Assembly: GCF_018350175.1 (NCBI RefSeq)
Contig: NC_058368.1
Span: 147,252,001-147,316,000 of the forward strand
DNA: 64,000 nt
Origin: Felis catus
Lineage: Eukaryota
Direction of reading: 5' to 3'
The number at the start of each line of letters is the position of its first letter. Positions within the stretch are counted from its first letter, which is position 1. Under the pieces are notes generated by a model. The model searched no databases. It was given only the letters and a program-made list of their open reading frames with translations, and was not told the DNA's origin. The position numbers and the translations under genes were made by a program. Positions 13,016-27,469 of the stretch are shown here, in pieces.

Positions 13016-16000
13016 CCTAATATAAGAAAAGTTGGGTTTAAGGATTTGTATTAGGAGGAAAACAGTTTTAAGTTATTAAAACCAAAAACGATCAAGCTAT
13101 TCTTGCCTCTTAAAGAGCATGATGTCGTTTATATTTGAGATAAAGTAAACCTTTTCTATGCTCTCTTCCTCTTAAAAAGCTGGGTGAGGGAGGGATTAAC
13201 AACAACAAAAAAGGCTGAAATAGTAAGGCTTTCATCAGTTCTTAGGAACCGTTAAAGCCATGATTCCATGGAGGGTGGTCTATGGAAGTCACTTTGAAGA
13301 AGGAGGGGCAAACAGCAGCTTGCAAGCCTACTGCACCTTAGAAAAGTAGTGGCTCAAAGTTGAGGATGAGTTAATGGCTCTGCATAATAAAGGGAAGAAC
13401 TAAGGAATGGATGGAGAAAACCCAGAAGAGGAGACCCCAAGGCTGAGCTGGAAGTGGACTTGAGGGACAGAGTGGGGTCAAACAGTATGCTGTGAGGCTG
13501 TAATATGTTAAGAAAAGTAGCTAGTAAAAAAGCATGGCATCTAAAATTCAGGTTTAAGTTGTTAGCACAGCTCCTGTGTGAACTGTCTCTGCTGGAGCAT
13601 CCAGATCTACATTTAGTCTGCTAGATGCACAGACCTGTGTGTGGTGTTTGGGGAAATCAAGAGGAAAGGGCTGTGCCATTCATCCAGCTTATACTGGTGG
13701 AAAGGAAGAAACGTTACAGCACATGAAGCCCAGGGAATTCAAGAAGAGATAGGTGGCAGAAGACAGAGCTGACAGGGTATCTAAAGTTTGAGACACTAGA
13801 TATTTCCTGAGGGCATAGGTGAAGCCTGCTTGGCAATCTCGGTGCAACCTCTGGGATTCCCAAAAGATAGGAGTTAGAGCATTGGGGCTGATTTCATTTA
13901 CAACCCAAAGAACATCATGACCTCAGCTGACATCTAAGTTTCAGAAAAAGATTACCTGTTAACTGAGGTTGTGACTGCTGTTATTTTTCCTATTCTAAGA
14001 AATTCTATGATTTTCATTCAAAGGGTGAGGATGAGGTAAAGTAAATGGGACAAGGATTTAACCTTTCTAGAGTGCCTTATATGCTAAGCAACATGAAGTA
14101 TACACAGTATTCTAACTAATGCTCTGTAAGAAGATATCTTCATTTTAGAGGCCAGAAAACAGGCTTGCTCACAGACGTTAAGCGGCATGCCTAACTGGAA
14201 GAGGCAAGATTATAACACACTCGGCCTGACTATAAATCTATGCACTTTCTATTGAGCCACACTCCCTGCCATGTTGAAGGTCTGTATATTAATATGTTAA
14301 TCTTGATAGATGCAAACAGAATCAGCATGAATTCACTAAGCATGTTCCTATAAATAATGCAGGACTCCCAAGCCTTCCTAAACGGAAATATTTCAGAGTG
14401 TTTTCAGCAAATGGATCAGGGTGTATTAGATATTATAAATATAGATAGATAAGCTCTGCTATACGAACGGTGCTCCATTCTCCATTTCAGCTATGTTTGA
14501 AATCAACTGAAAACTATGTATATTTCCCCAATAATATTTTGTAATTACATATTTGTATGTATATAGTCTTGCACTATGAGGGTAAGAAAAAAATTGACTC
14601 CGTCTAACACAGAGATTTTGTTTGTTTGCTTGTTTGTCTGTCCCTAATAACCATACTGTGAAACTTATGGTGTATGCCTTGTACATACTCTTTTGGAGTA
14701 CTCATGACAGAGTGTCCCTTTTCCCCATTAGACCATAAGTTCTCTATGGGCAGTGTCATGTACATAGTAGGTGGTGGATAAATTTTGAATAAACAAGGGT
14801 ATGACAAAATGAGTGATGACCATTACATCTTTTGCATAAATCCCATTCAAATTTATGTTTATAGGATACGAAATTCTTTTGGTTTTTCACTAGATAATTA
14901 ATTAGGATACCTTCTGTAACTTTTCTACACCTTTCAAGGTTCAAGTTCTTTAAATCTGTAATTAAGTTCCAGTATTTTTCATCTCTAATAGAGTTTAAGC
15001 TTCAAGAGTATTACAAGTGTAATACCACTACAATTGTAAATAACAGATCATTAAAATGTAAACTTTTGCATAATAATTACATGTATCTTAATTCTTTGGC
15101 AAATATAGAATCAAGAAAAATGTAACATTGTATCATCTCATCAATAGTGTCTTGTTCTCCTAATTTGCCAAATCCTGTGTAAATAAAGACGTTCATTTAA
15201 AGCATTAGCAAGATGAAATAATCGGAATATATAAATTAGTACATAAAGGCAATAAAATAAATGTAGCCGAAAGTCTCAACTCACAGAATTTGCTTGTTAG
15301 CCAAAACGTTTTGTAGTTTGATATTAAATAGTGATAATTAAAGTATATATCAACTCTTTCCAGGTTTGTTTCTCCAAGTGGTAAATGTGCTAATCATATG
15401 AGAATTAGAGATCCCAGGAAACTCTCTTTCTGTTTTTGTGTTTTCCCTCACCCAACATATCAACTGTTTTACACGGAAAATAAGTTATTCTGTTAAGGTT
15501 TTGGCATACTGATAAATAATCATCATCACTTACAGCATATATTATTGCTTGTACTGTAAAGGTGAGAAACACACAGGCCCTGACGTTGATCAACACAGAG
15601 TGTTTTGGTTTTGGTTTTTGGTTTCGGTTGTTCTGATTTCAGGTTAAATAACATTTATTCATTAGGCACCTATTGTGTTCTAAGCACTCTACTAGTAATT
15701 TGGATAGATAGTTTCAACAGAATTAAAATAGTCAGCAGCTGGAAGAGTAGGTTCATAACACAAGAAAATATTTAGTTATCCAGTTTATGCATCTCACTTA
15801 TTAAAGGTAATTTTAATGGCTATGCTTTATTGCAAATATAATATACTCAGTATATGTGTGTGTGTGTATGTATATATCCATACATAGAGAGAGTTTACAT
15901 AATGGTTTCTGGAAATTTAATTCTAGGGTTTCCTTAGTGAAATCACATTAACAAATGTTTGCAATATGGCCACATTCTTCACTTTTACTGCCAAAACTTT

Positions 16001-16041
16001 GGTATATTTAGGGCATCTCATATTTTTTCTGTAACATGTAA

Positions 16042-16043
<2 letters not shown>

Positions 16044-16085
<42 letters not shown>
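16044..16085. repeat. (TA)n microsatellite, about 20 units
   Basis: Directly visible. Confidence 0.97.
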
Positions 16086-16087
<2 letters not shown>

Positions 16088-17519
16088 CTTATATATAGTT
16101 TTGAAAACAAATTTATAGCAGAGCAAAATTTTAAAACAAATAAGAATTATTCAACCACTTAGAGCTTATAAAACCAAAATAGGACAAAGATGATCTTAAT
16201 TCCTTTCAACTTCAAAAGTCTCTTTTAAAAGGTTTGCTTCCTTTTGTATTATAGCTATATAAAAGGAGTATATACAGTGGTGGTTACAAGCTTCATTTCT
16301 AATTAGTATTCATAAAAGTACAAATCATCCGATTAGACAACAACACTTGGTAATATCACTCTTAACTATAAAAGTATAAGTGGACTTTTAAGATACAAAA
16401 GGCTTCAGGGACTTTTAAAATCAATAATGCCATGATACTTTTTTAGGTAATCTTTAAGTAGCTCCTAACACAATGGGGACAGTATATGATCAATATTAAT
16501 GAACAACTGAATTCCACAGCATGTTTTCCAGGCATTTTTATGCAAGCTCATATAAGAGTGTCAGCAAGATTAATTGCTCACAAAAGTAATGGATCTATAT
16601 GGTTTGCTACTTTTCTGCATTTACCTCCTCACAATCGCAACAGTAGAGAGGTGAAGTTTTTTTCCATATGTGTAACATGGTTAGTTTTTCACACATTCAG
16701 AGACTATGCCCCAAATCATGAACGCCTTATAGTATGTAAGCAGATTATTAGGAAACAAATAGGTGAACCCTCTCTTGCGGTTGTGTGTACATAGTCTTGG
16801 CCAACTTTACAAATTATTCCCCCCAAACGCTGGCAGTTAGATATTAAAAATAAATGTACATTTTAGATTATATAATAAGGAAATGCCAATCAGACAATCG
16901 CCAGAGCACAGTTTCACTAGCTGTTCTTGCAGTGGAATACAAAAGGAACGGTTACTACCCAAAAGTTCACTTCAAAATCTGGTCTTAAAAACACATTAAA
17001 GCCCTCTTATTATACTGTTGCTTTTACATTTAATAAGGTTTGAACATGTTGGCAGTTGCCATTTTGAGCCATTGCCACTCTATTTTAAAACTAGTTTGAA
17101 AAAGAAAAAAAATAGTCTGGGAAAGTTGACATGACTGATGCTTCTCAAACCATTTTTTTTTTTTTTTTGCTTTTTGTTTTTCTTTCATCCTCCTCCTCTC
17201 TCTTTACATTTAAAAATGTAAAGTGCAAATTCAGCCATTTGAAGGGAAAAATTATCTGTGGGTGTTTTGTACATATAAAGGCGGGTAAACTATAAAAAAC
17301 CTAAAACATTCCATTTTAGAGGAGGAATGAGAAAATTTAACAAATTGTTCTTTAAATGTAAAAATATTTGAATAGCTTATAAAAATTGAAATCTGGGGCT
17401 AAACAGAGTTGTTGTTTTTAAATACCTGCCAATAAACTTTCTCCTCAAGAATTAATACTGGACTCCTTATATAGAATTGTCCACAGGAAAGCACTGAGAT
17501 AATTAGTGGCTAAAGACAT

Positions 17520-18360
17520 GTTTTTAGAGTCCCTACATAACAAAGTCATGCAAAGTGGGTGGCTTCAAACAACAGAAACTCATTCCTTCAAAGTTCTGTA
17601 GTCTAGAAGTCTGAAACCAAGGTGTCCGGAGGACCAATCTCTCTCTGAAGTCTCAAGGGAAAAATCTGTTCTGGTCTCTTCCAGCCTCTGGTGACTCCTA
17701 CATTCCTAGGTTTATAGTAGCATAACTGTAAAGTCTGCCTTCAACCTCATGTGCCTTCATCCCTGCATTTCCATGTGTTCGCTCCTCTTCTTACAAGGAC
17801 ACCAGTCATTGGATTCAGGGCCCAGTCTAATCCAGGATTATTTCATCTCAAGATCCTTAATTAATTACATCTGCAAAGCCCCTGTGATGATCTGAACTTT
17901 GTTCTCCCAAAATTCATGTTGAAGCCATAAACTCCATTGTCTCAGGATGTGACTATATGTGGAGACATGGACTTTAAAGTAATTAAGATTAAACAAGGTC
18001 CTATGGGTGAGCCCTAATCCAAGCCAACTTCCCTTACCAGAAGAGGAAATTTGGACACACAAAAGAGACATTGGTGATATGCATACACAGAAAAAAAAAA
18101 GCCACGTGAGGACAAAGCAAGAAGTTGGCTATGTACAACCCAAGGAGAAAGGCTTCATGAGGAATCAAACCTGCTGACACCTTGACCTTGCACTTGGAGA
18201 CCTGTGAGGAAATGTATTTCTGTTGTTTAAGTCACCAGGCTGTAGAATTTTGTTACGGCAACCCTAGCAAACTAATACACACCCTATTTCCAAATAAGGT
18301 CACAGACTGAGATTCCTGGTAGACATGAATTTTGGAGAGGACTATTCAAACCACTATAGT
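17520..18360 (-). mobile_element. MLT1 (MaLR) solo LTR, split by a nested MLT1
   Basis: gggtggcttcaaacaacagaaa...ttctgtagtctagaagtctgaaaccaaggtgt...taattacatctgcaaag [insert] ccctatttccaaataaggtcaca. Confidence 0.85.
17883..18279 (+). mobile_element. MLT1 (MaLR) solo LTR nested in opposite orientation
   Basis: TG...CA ends (tgtgatgatctgaac ... gcaaccctagcaaactaataca), flanked by a degenerate 5-bp TSD gcccc/caccc. Confidence 0.87.
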
Positions 18361-18644
18361 CCCCAAGTGTCGTTTTCTTGCATCAGTGGAGTTCGTTAAG
18401 GAAACTAGAGCCTTCACTTATTATTAAAGTTGGCTGGCAAAGCACTCATATTTATCAACAACTAACACTATTTTTACTTGGCTCTCATTACAAGATCAAG
18501 AGAGCATTTTAAACTTGGAGCAGTGCCTAGAAAGAGTGCAGAAATGGCTACTCATTTGGCATCAAGGAGGATCTGGCACTGCAAGATAGAATGAAATACC
18601 AAAAAAATAATTAAGATTTCTTGGGGTTGGGGTTGGGGTTGGGG

Positions 18645-18847
18645 TCGGTTAAGCGTCCGACTTCAGCCAGGTCACGATCTCGCGGTCCGTGGGTTCGAGC
18701 CCTGAGTCGGGTTCTGGGCTGATGGCTCCGAGCCTGGAGCCTGTTTCCAATTCTGTGTCTCCCTCTCTCTCTGCCCCTCCCCCGTTCATGCTCTGTCTCT
18801 CTCTGTCTCAAAAATAAATAAACGTTGAAAAAAAAAAAGAAAAAAAT
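18645..18847 (+). mobile_element. Young SINEC_Fc-type element, 5'-truncated, preceded by (TTGGGG)4
   Basis: Starts tcggttaagcgtccgacttcagccaggtcacgatc, with (CT) segment, AATAAA and A tail. TSD atttcttggggttg at 18616-18629 and 18848-18861. Confidence 0.95.
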
Positions 18848-19244
18848 ATTTCTTGGGGTTGATCTTTATCCACTTAAGACCATTGTCTAGAGTTGGGCTT
18901 GCCAGTGAAAGTACTGTTTTACATAAACTGTCAACAATCTGAGAAAGTCTTTATATGTATTATTTCTATAAATGCATGGCATCATTTGTGTCACAATAGT
19001 TGATATGTCTTCTTTTTCCAATAAATAAATATCTTATTACACATTAATATGATCTTTAAAAAGTTAATTACAAACTATAGCAAAAGGATGAATCATTTTA
19101 CAAAGTGAAAATTCTTGTTATTGCCACATTTTAACACGGAACACAGCCTCTCATTCTCTCCTCTTTCCATTCATCTGGCACCCTACTGTGGAAACAGGAT
19201 TCCTAAACCACCACCCACGTGATGGAAATTCTCAGCTTGGAATG

Positions 19245-19352
19245 ACTGATTGACTGATTGATTTAGAGAGACAGAGATAGAGAAAAGGAGACAGTGAAAA
19301 TTGCTGGCTGATTTGTTTGTTTGTTTGTTTGTTTGTTTGTTTGTTTATAGGC

Positions 19353-19398
<46 letters not shown>

Positions 19399-19486
19399 CC
19401 CAAGCAGGCTCTGTGCTCAAATGGACAAACTGAGAATGATGATTTCAGCTGAAATCAAGAGCCAGAAGCTTAACCAGAAGTACCCC
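19245..19486 (-). mobile_element. Older Can-SINE with internal deletions and a composite tail
   Basis: (TTTG)n, (GA)n, then aatcccaagcaggctctg...gctgaaatcaagag. TSD tcagct(t/g)ggaatg at about 19232 and 19487. Confidence 0.8.
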
Positions 19487-20163
19487 TCAGCTGGGAATGT
19501 TTTATTACACAAATAGAAATCTGTCTCATACTCTACAGTCATAATGCACATACATTTTTTTTAATTTTCCAAAACCTGCCATCTATTTTGAAATACCTTT
19601 TAGCTAACCAACAATATTTGCTGACTGTGTGATTTTTATCATTAATAGAGCCATACGTAGTGAACACAGACAAAAGACAACGTTGCCCTTCGATTTTCTT
19701 TCTAAAACAAAGGACACTAAATCTGACATAATATACCTATAAACAGTAGAGAGAGCAGAGAGAAACCGTTTGTGAATTAATGAATCCAAAGAAAATTAAG
19801 TTAGCATTGCTGAAGTTAGTCATATAAGACCCAACTGTACTTTGAAATCTTCGGTCAACAGAATAAACACTCTTAAAATCTAAGAGGAAGAGATAGCAAA
19901 ATTATAAACCATTATGATAAGCAAGTCATACTTCTATTTCTTTCAGACGGCCACTAGAATAAGAGTAATGATTTTCTTGTGAAAATTCCTATGATATTTC
20001 AGAAACCACAAATGCAACCCAAGCTAATTGATAAAACTAACATCCAATAAATTTGATCAATCTAAGGAGAAAAAGTCTGTTTCTAGTAATTGTAGAAAAC
20101 TAGTTTTCGTTACCTCTGTGAAATTATAGCAATTTATCTCCAAATCCTTAAAAAGTCCTCTTT

Positions 20164-20381
20164 ATTTATTTATTTTTTTAACGTTTATTCATTTTTGAGA
20201 CAGAGAGAGACAGACCATGAATGGGGGAAGGTCAGAGAGAGAGGGAGACACAGAATCCAAAACAGGCTCCAGGGTCCGAGCTGTCAGCACAGAGCCCGAC
20301 GAGGGGCTCGAACTCACGGAGGCGAGATCGTGACATGAGCCGAAGTCGGACGCCCAACCGACTAAGCCACCCAGGAGCTCC
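20164..20381 (-). mobile_element. Feliform Can-SINE
   Basis: Full head and tail. TSD aaaaagt(c/t)ctcttta. Confidence 0.95.
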
Positions 20382-21288
20382 AAAAAGTTCTCTTTAATCA
20401 GGGAGGTATTTCCAAATGGAACTCTGCAAATGACTTGTTGAGAAATTCATCTGTCTGAACTCATATACTATGTCTCAAAATACAGTTCAAGCTCAAGAAC
20501 ACACATCAGCAGGTGGTGCAAAGTGGTAAGATATCATTACAGGTTGCCATTAGCTATTCCCCTTCTCCATGTCAATAGGACAGGGTATAGATCAAAGACA
20601 AGGCAGAGATCAATGTTTTTCATGTGTATTATTAAAAGCAAATATTTGAGTCCAAGTTCCAGGAGCATCAAAAAATTTTACTTTTTCACATGGGGGTCTC
20701 TAAAAAGCTACAAAATTTTTATGTTTTTCATCAATCTTTCTCTGACAACTCTTCACCTTTTCCAAGCTCTGAATGAACTTGCCACCTGAACTGTGTGACT
20801 AATAACTGACTGAACATTGCTTTCTTCTCTAATTATTTCATGGGTCTCTTTTGTCTCTCTGATGAGATTGTAAACTTATAAAATACAAGGATTAGGGGTT
20901 CCTATAAACTACTTGTTCATAGGACCACCTTCATTTATTTTTGTACCCCATAGATCCTGATAAAGTGCTAGATACTTTGGTGTTGTTTCATTAATGTTTG
21001 ATGATTGCAAATTATTATTATATTATATTATACATATTATATTATATGTTATTATATTAGGAATGCCAGAATGTAATCCAAACTTCTAATCATAGTCTAT
21101 AACAAAAACTTAAAGTTTAGAGATCAGATGACTTTTCATCTGTAGCCCTTTCTAATCCACACTTAGCAGGTTTCCACAACTAATTTTAAGCCTGAGGCCA
21201 ACCCTAATTTTCATTGTTGACCGCTGTCACAATTTATAAAATATAAAATTGTGGATAATATAATAATCACAAATAGGTGCTAAAAATA

Positions 21289-21353
21289 GGTGCGTGCATG
21301 CGCGCGTGCATGTGCTCACGCACGCACACACACACACGCACACACACAAGCAC
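21289..21353. repeat. Alternating purine-pyrimidine (GT/GC/CA)n tract
   Basis: gtgcgtgcatgcgcgcgtgcatgtg...cacgcacacacacacacgcacacacac. Confidence 0.85.
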
Positions 21354-22674
21354 AGCTGCACTATTTCCCCAAAACTACAGCTCTCTCTCTTGAAATCTAG
21401 AATAGTGCTTTTGATTTTGAAGGCAGTGATAGGAGGTGGGGAAAAAGATTTCTATTTTTACTTTTGGAATCTGCCCTCTGTGACTGCCATCCTAATCACG
21501 AGGCAGCAAGATCCCTATAGGAAGACTTTCCAGCTACATTCAAATGGGAAGGGTGCCAATCCAGACTTCACGGTTGAGAAGGCTGGAAGCACAGCTGGCT
21601 AGGTGAGCTACTGTTTGGATTGCCTCCTCGGGTCCCGCATGTGGCTTCTTAGCGGCAGACTTGAGAAGGCATAAAACAAAGCAGGCATGGATTCTGGCCA
21701 GCTGGCCATCTGTTCCTTCACCCACTGTGATAATTTGGTCTTGTAGAATTTTGTTAAGTGAGCATTAAGTAATGACCATGTCAAACAGAGTGCATAATGA
21801 ATGCCTCTTAATCACTGGATAAAAGCTTAGGGGATGCTTGCCCAAACACAGAAAAGGTCACCAACACAAACGAAGAATTAAAACAAGAAGAATGAAGGAG
21901 ATGCAAAACTAGCGACAATTAACTTCTTTTCCATTTTTACTTCTGATCATCTTGAGTCTATGTCAAATACATGATGGAGGTCTCATAAGGAAGTTAGGTA
22001 ATACCATCACAGTTCCTACTATCTCATTATACATATATACACGTTTATTGTCAAACTAAGGAAGAATTTTAAAACTAAAAAAAAAAAAATGTGAGGGACT
22101 TTGTCATCCTGACCTGGACTGAAAGCACTCACAGTTAGAGCACCATTAATATCACAATTTTCCAAATAATTCCCCAGAACTACATCAAGTAGTCACTGAA
22201 TATTTGGCATTATTTTTTAAAGATCAACTGAAATATCCTATTCTAAGAAAGCAGCCTTTCCCTCATAAACAATTAATAACTGCAATATCATGAAATTTTT
22301 TAATCCCCCAAAAGACGTGTAATGATGTACATAATGTATTATTGGGACAGTCTCCTACTGCCTGGAAATTGAGTCCATAAATTTGAACTACTCTTGTATA
22401 GTCAATTTTACCTCCACTATTCACAATGAACCAAAATGCTTTACCTGATTAAATTACCATCCTGTCACATAAAGATGATAATTTTATCTAGGATTCTACT
22501 CGTATGATTCCCAGGTTGGAATGCACGTCTATACCCTACTGTCTCTTCCAAATTTCCCTTTCCTTCCAAGACTACCCCAAGTTTCATAACCTCCATTAAC
22601 TTCTCCCTATCATCTCTCCTTGTCCTCTTCAACAAATGTTCTATTACTCTATTACTCTGTATTTTAGACTTTGT

Positions 22675-23750
22675 TTCATTCATTCACTTATCCATTCATC
22701 CATTTATTCACATAATCACTAGGCTCAAATTCAGAGCTCCTATTGTGTTCCAGATTCAGTGCTAAGTACTAGAGTTATAGTAGTGAGCAAAACCGATACT
22801 CTTTCTGCTTTGCATAACCTAAGACGAGTGGTAGAATTGACACCAAACAAATCACCACATAAAGAAGTGTAATTGTTTAATAAGTCATGAAGAAAAGGGG
22901 TAGTGTATCCTGATAATCTATTTATAGGAGGTTCTCTGAGAAAGTGACGTATAAGGTAGGAGCTAAAAAAACAAATAAGGGCTAAGGTTATGAAGGAGAT
23001 GAGTCTCTAACTCATACCTCTGTGGAGGGCAAGAAGAAAGGTCACCAAGAAACCAGTGTAGTTGGAAGAGACAGAACAAAGACAGAGGGATAGACAGGGG
23101 CCAAATCATGCTGGCTGACAAAGGCCATGCACACACAAAACATTGGCTTTATGGGATACATTGATACATCTGAGCAAAAAGATAATAGGACCAGAATTCC
23201 ATTTCAAAGGAAAATCTGTGTGCTATACGGACAGTATAGCATAGGTGAACACAGGTGAACATAGGACAGAATCAGCACAGGTGAACACAGACCAGTCACA
23301 AGTCATCCCTCTAGTCCAGGTGAAGCATGACAGGAAGCCTATATTAGAGTGGTGGGCTAGGAGACAGGGAGACAGGCAGACAGATCTAAGAGGAAAGGGT
23401 CAACAGTGGCTACTGTGTTTCTAGATTTCACATCTCTATGGATGAATGTTGGTAGCATCCCCTAAAAGACAAACCTTAGAAGAGTGTCTGGATTAGAAGG
23501 GAAGATCATGAGTCAGTTTTTTGGATCTGTTCTTCAAGAAGAGGTATCAAGAAGGCAGAAGAGAGTGTGGCCTGGAGATACAAATGTTAGCATCCCTAGG
23601 TATAGATGGAAATTCACAGCATGGGTATAATCAGCTATGGGAACACTAGAGACAATACAGATAATTCAGGCCCAAGATTCAAGAAATACCACCATTTAAT
23701 GGTGAGATAGGAAATGCAAAACTCCAGAAAAAGCAAGAGACAAAGAGGTA
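22675..23750 (-). mobile_element. L2 LINE fragment
   Basis: (TTCA)n end, then ctattgtgttccag...gtgctaagtactagag...agtgagcaaaac and a long purine-rich L2-like body. Confidence 0.7.
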
Positions 23751-26349
23751 GGAAAAATAATTAGCAGGAAAGTGAAATGATTGTGGCACTTAACATATTG
23801 CTTTGCATTATTAATGAACTGCTTAATGTGTATATATTTTATCCCTCTGAATAGATTTTAAGGTCCCAGAAACATAGGATTTCTATTATAACCCACTCTG
23901 TGTTTTATCTGACTCCTAGCACCCAACAAATACTTGTTGGAGAGTTGGAAAATGTTCACAACTTCATGGACTGAATATATTGGCAATGTACGTTAGGGAT
24001 ATGTTCTCCTTTATGTGACATTATAGTATACCAAAAGTACATTCTGGTTGACTCTTTTTTCTTACCTAGGGAGTTAGTTTCATACAACTAAAGAAAAAGC
24101 CTAGTTGGAGCAACTACCAATACTGTTTGCTTCCAAAAGAAGGTTTATTTGGCCTAAAGAAGCAACACATTTTTCAGCAACCTCAGTTCCTTTAGAAATC
24201 ACAAGAGGAAAAAATAAAACAGAGGGAACAAAAGGGTTATAGGAAAATGAAGAAAGATGGAAAAATTGTATGTTGAGAAAATATACATGTTTCCTGATTT
24301 CCTGAAACTCTTCGAGCTGTTTTTCTGTTTTTCCATGATCTGTCTCTCTGGAGCTCTAAAGGTTGTCTTGTCATTTCACTAACCTCACAAGTCCTTTTGT
24401 TTGAATGCACATCTCAAACTGATTCGTGTAAGATCATTCTGATGGGAGAACTCATTTTGAATTTCTTTACAATTAGGACAAAAAAAACCTCTACCAAGAT
24501 TTGCCCACAGGGATAAGCAATGTGTGGGCAGAAAAAAAAAACCCAAAAAACAAAAAGCCATTTAGAAATAATAACATCACATTTTACATAAAGTACTTGT
24601 CTGTATGCTTGTAGTAGACATGAAAATGTAGTAGGCAGTTAAATATTTGAGAACTCTGGAAATCCACTTAAAAAATGTGTACAACAATTTATTATCATTG
24701 CAAACCCAATTAAAAATGTTGAGCTATTAAACACAATTCACTTTCTAACCCATGAGAGAAAGTATTAAATGTATGCAGCACAGATTTGCATTACTATAAA
24801 AATCTTTATTTCTACTTTTCCAGCATTATGCATTTAAATTTGTAAATTCCATGTTACATTAATCACATGAATATAGATGGGCAATTTTTAGATGGAACTA
24901 TGGTAATCACTGTATTCCCTATAAAAGAAACCATTCCTGCTGACAATTTTGTGGTGAGTTTTGTAAAAGATTGACTATCGTTCATAAAATGGGAAGGCTT
25001 ACTTCACACAAGTTATTAGACATTTTAGCCCTTCTTGGCTTGATCAAAATAATAGAAAAATTTAAATATTATACTTTACTATCTGTCTTTGGACTCTGAC
25101 ACTGTGCATAATACTACCTAGAATATGGTCATATAGTCATTAAAAGAAGTGGCAATAATCCAGGTTTGACTGCACTGTGATTTAATATTTATAATGTTTT
25201 TATGATCCAAATAAAGTATGCTGATTAAAATGATCAGGATGTCACCATCTGGATGGACAAAAAAGCTGAAGTTCATGTCTTCAGTACAAAATGCCTGGAG
25301 CTATTTTTCCCTGTTACTCTTTATTTCCAACACATTTTCTGTTAGATGAAATATTATAGTACAGAGAGATTATATGTAGTAGAGAAGACCTTAGTCAATA
25401 AATGACTACCTTAAATAATTAATTAGGAGTTATTACCAACATGCTACTTAAATATAGTAGGTCTGAAATTGAACTTTATTACGTCATTCTTTAAGATCAG
25501 TGCATCAAATATGAAAGATCTTCAAAGTAACGGATAATTTCCTAGAAGTGACAGAATGTGTGGCTCCAGTTGATCAATGCAGTAGAGCTTTTAGTGTGAT
25601 TTTTCTTGCAAAAAACTTTTAAAATAATTTATAAGTCTAATTGAGGTAGGCCATAAACAATGAGGTAAAGAGATTTATGATTGTTTATTTAGTGCTAAAA
25701 AATAAGTTGTAAATATATACACATGGTAATTTTCAAAAAAAAACCCAGCTAAACAATGTCCTTATATCATTGTACAAGACACTATGGTTCTCTGATAGGT
25801 AAGATATGTTGAATTCTAATAAAAAATTGGCAAGCAGTAAAAATGTCTTCAATTTGTGCATTCAAGGATAACTGTATTGTTGAAGATTAAATATATTCTG
25901 GATGTGGACTGAGGCTCACTCCCATAATGTAGTATAAATTCCATTACACTTGCTTTAATATTTTTTGTAGAAGATCATTTTCACCATGCTATAGGTCACA
26001 GAACTTAAGGGCTCCAAATTTTCTTTGATCTAGGTGCTAGAGGGGAACCTGAAATCTCTAGGAGAATCTCAGCTCTTCCATAGGAGCTGTCCTAGTCCAC
26101 CTCGGGGCAGAAAACCACAGTCTTTGGGTCACATGCTTGTGCTCATCAGGCCTCTCAATTTTCCTAACAGGACATCATTCCTACTTCTGCCTATGCTGCC
26201 CCCTGAAGCATATGAGTATAAGTGCTTTTACCCTGCATCCATCTCACTGCAAAATGCTGTTGTCTCTACCTATAACCTGAGGGGTTATAAAGCCAGAACA
26301 TATGGGTAAGTACTCACAATAAATGATTTATTGATACTATATTGGAAAA

Positions 26350-26830
26350 AAATAAAATAACTTCGGTCTGCCAGGGTCCCGCTCCTGTACTGAACATGCC
26401 AGCCAGCCTTCCACTTCAGAAACTTTGCATTGGCTGTTCCCCATACCTAAGAAGTTCTTCTGCTAACTTCTTCGTCTCTATCAAACCTTTGCTCAAAATC
26501 ATCTTATCAAAACTTCACTCAAAATGATACTACCTTTTCCCTGTCAAAACTGCTAACCATACCCTCAACCCCATATTCCTATTACTCTCTTCATGAGATC
26601 TTATGTCCTCAATAGCTTTACCCTCTTCTAATATCACTTATTGATTTGCTTGTTTACTTATTTATTTACTTATCTATCTCTACTTATTATCTATTGGTTT
26701 CATTTATTCAGACACCCCATCCTAGAATGTAAACTCCATAAGGACACAGAACTTTGTGTTGTTCACTGATATATCCCAACTGCTGGCAATGAGGTACTCA
26801 GTATAACTCTATTGATAGAATATGAATTTG
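26350..26830 (+). mobile_element. L2 LINE 3' fragment
   Basis: ctttgcattggctgttccc...ctagaatgtaaactccataagg...ttgttcactgatatatccc. Confidence 0.7.
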
Positions 26831-27469
26831 CATTTAAATGGATGTTTTTCAAGTACTCATGAGGCAATAGGACATTAAACTTACTAAATACTGAATCAAA
26901 AACTGGATTTATCCCTGTATTATGTCAGAATAGGAGCTATCCATGTACATAGGATCATTTTGATATACACAGAAGTGCTTTTATAGGATATTTTGCTGTT
27001 ATACCACTGACCTACATAAAAAGATTTTAGAAAAAAAATACTCTGCTTTATTTGCCATATGGAGTTATGTTATCCAGGGCCAAGGAGAAATCTCTGTGAA
27101 CTTGAGACCAAGAATAGTTGTTTCTTATGAGGAACAAACTACTTTGTTCTTATGGAAAATCTAACTTGAAACAGAATTTAGTCTTCAGAAATGTATTAAA
27201 CAGCTGCTATGTGCCAGGCACATAGTATAGTGAACAATATCAAAATACAGTCCATAGCCTAAAAAATCTTATATGCCAATGAAGATTACAGACAAGTAAA
27301 TAGAAAACTTCAATATAATGAAATTAAGTGCTAATGCATGGCAAGTACACAGAGTTCTGGGAGAATACCTAATGGAATAATGGGGACTCAGGTACAACAT
27401 CCTGGAATAACTAACATCTAAAGTTGAGGTCTATAGGATGAACAGAAGTTTGCTGATAAGGAAGGTCCC

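Noticed and set aside
18621..18644. Interstitial telomere or ciliate contamination
   Set aside because: The unit is TTGGGG, not TTAGGG, and it derives from the SINE target site in continuous felid sequence.
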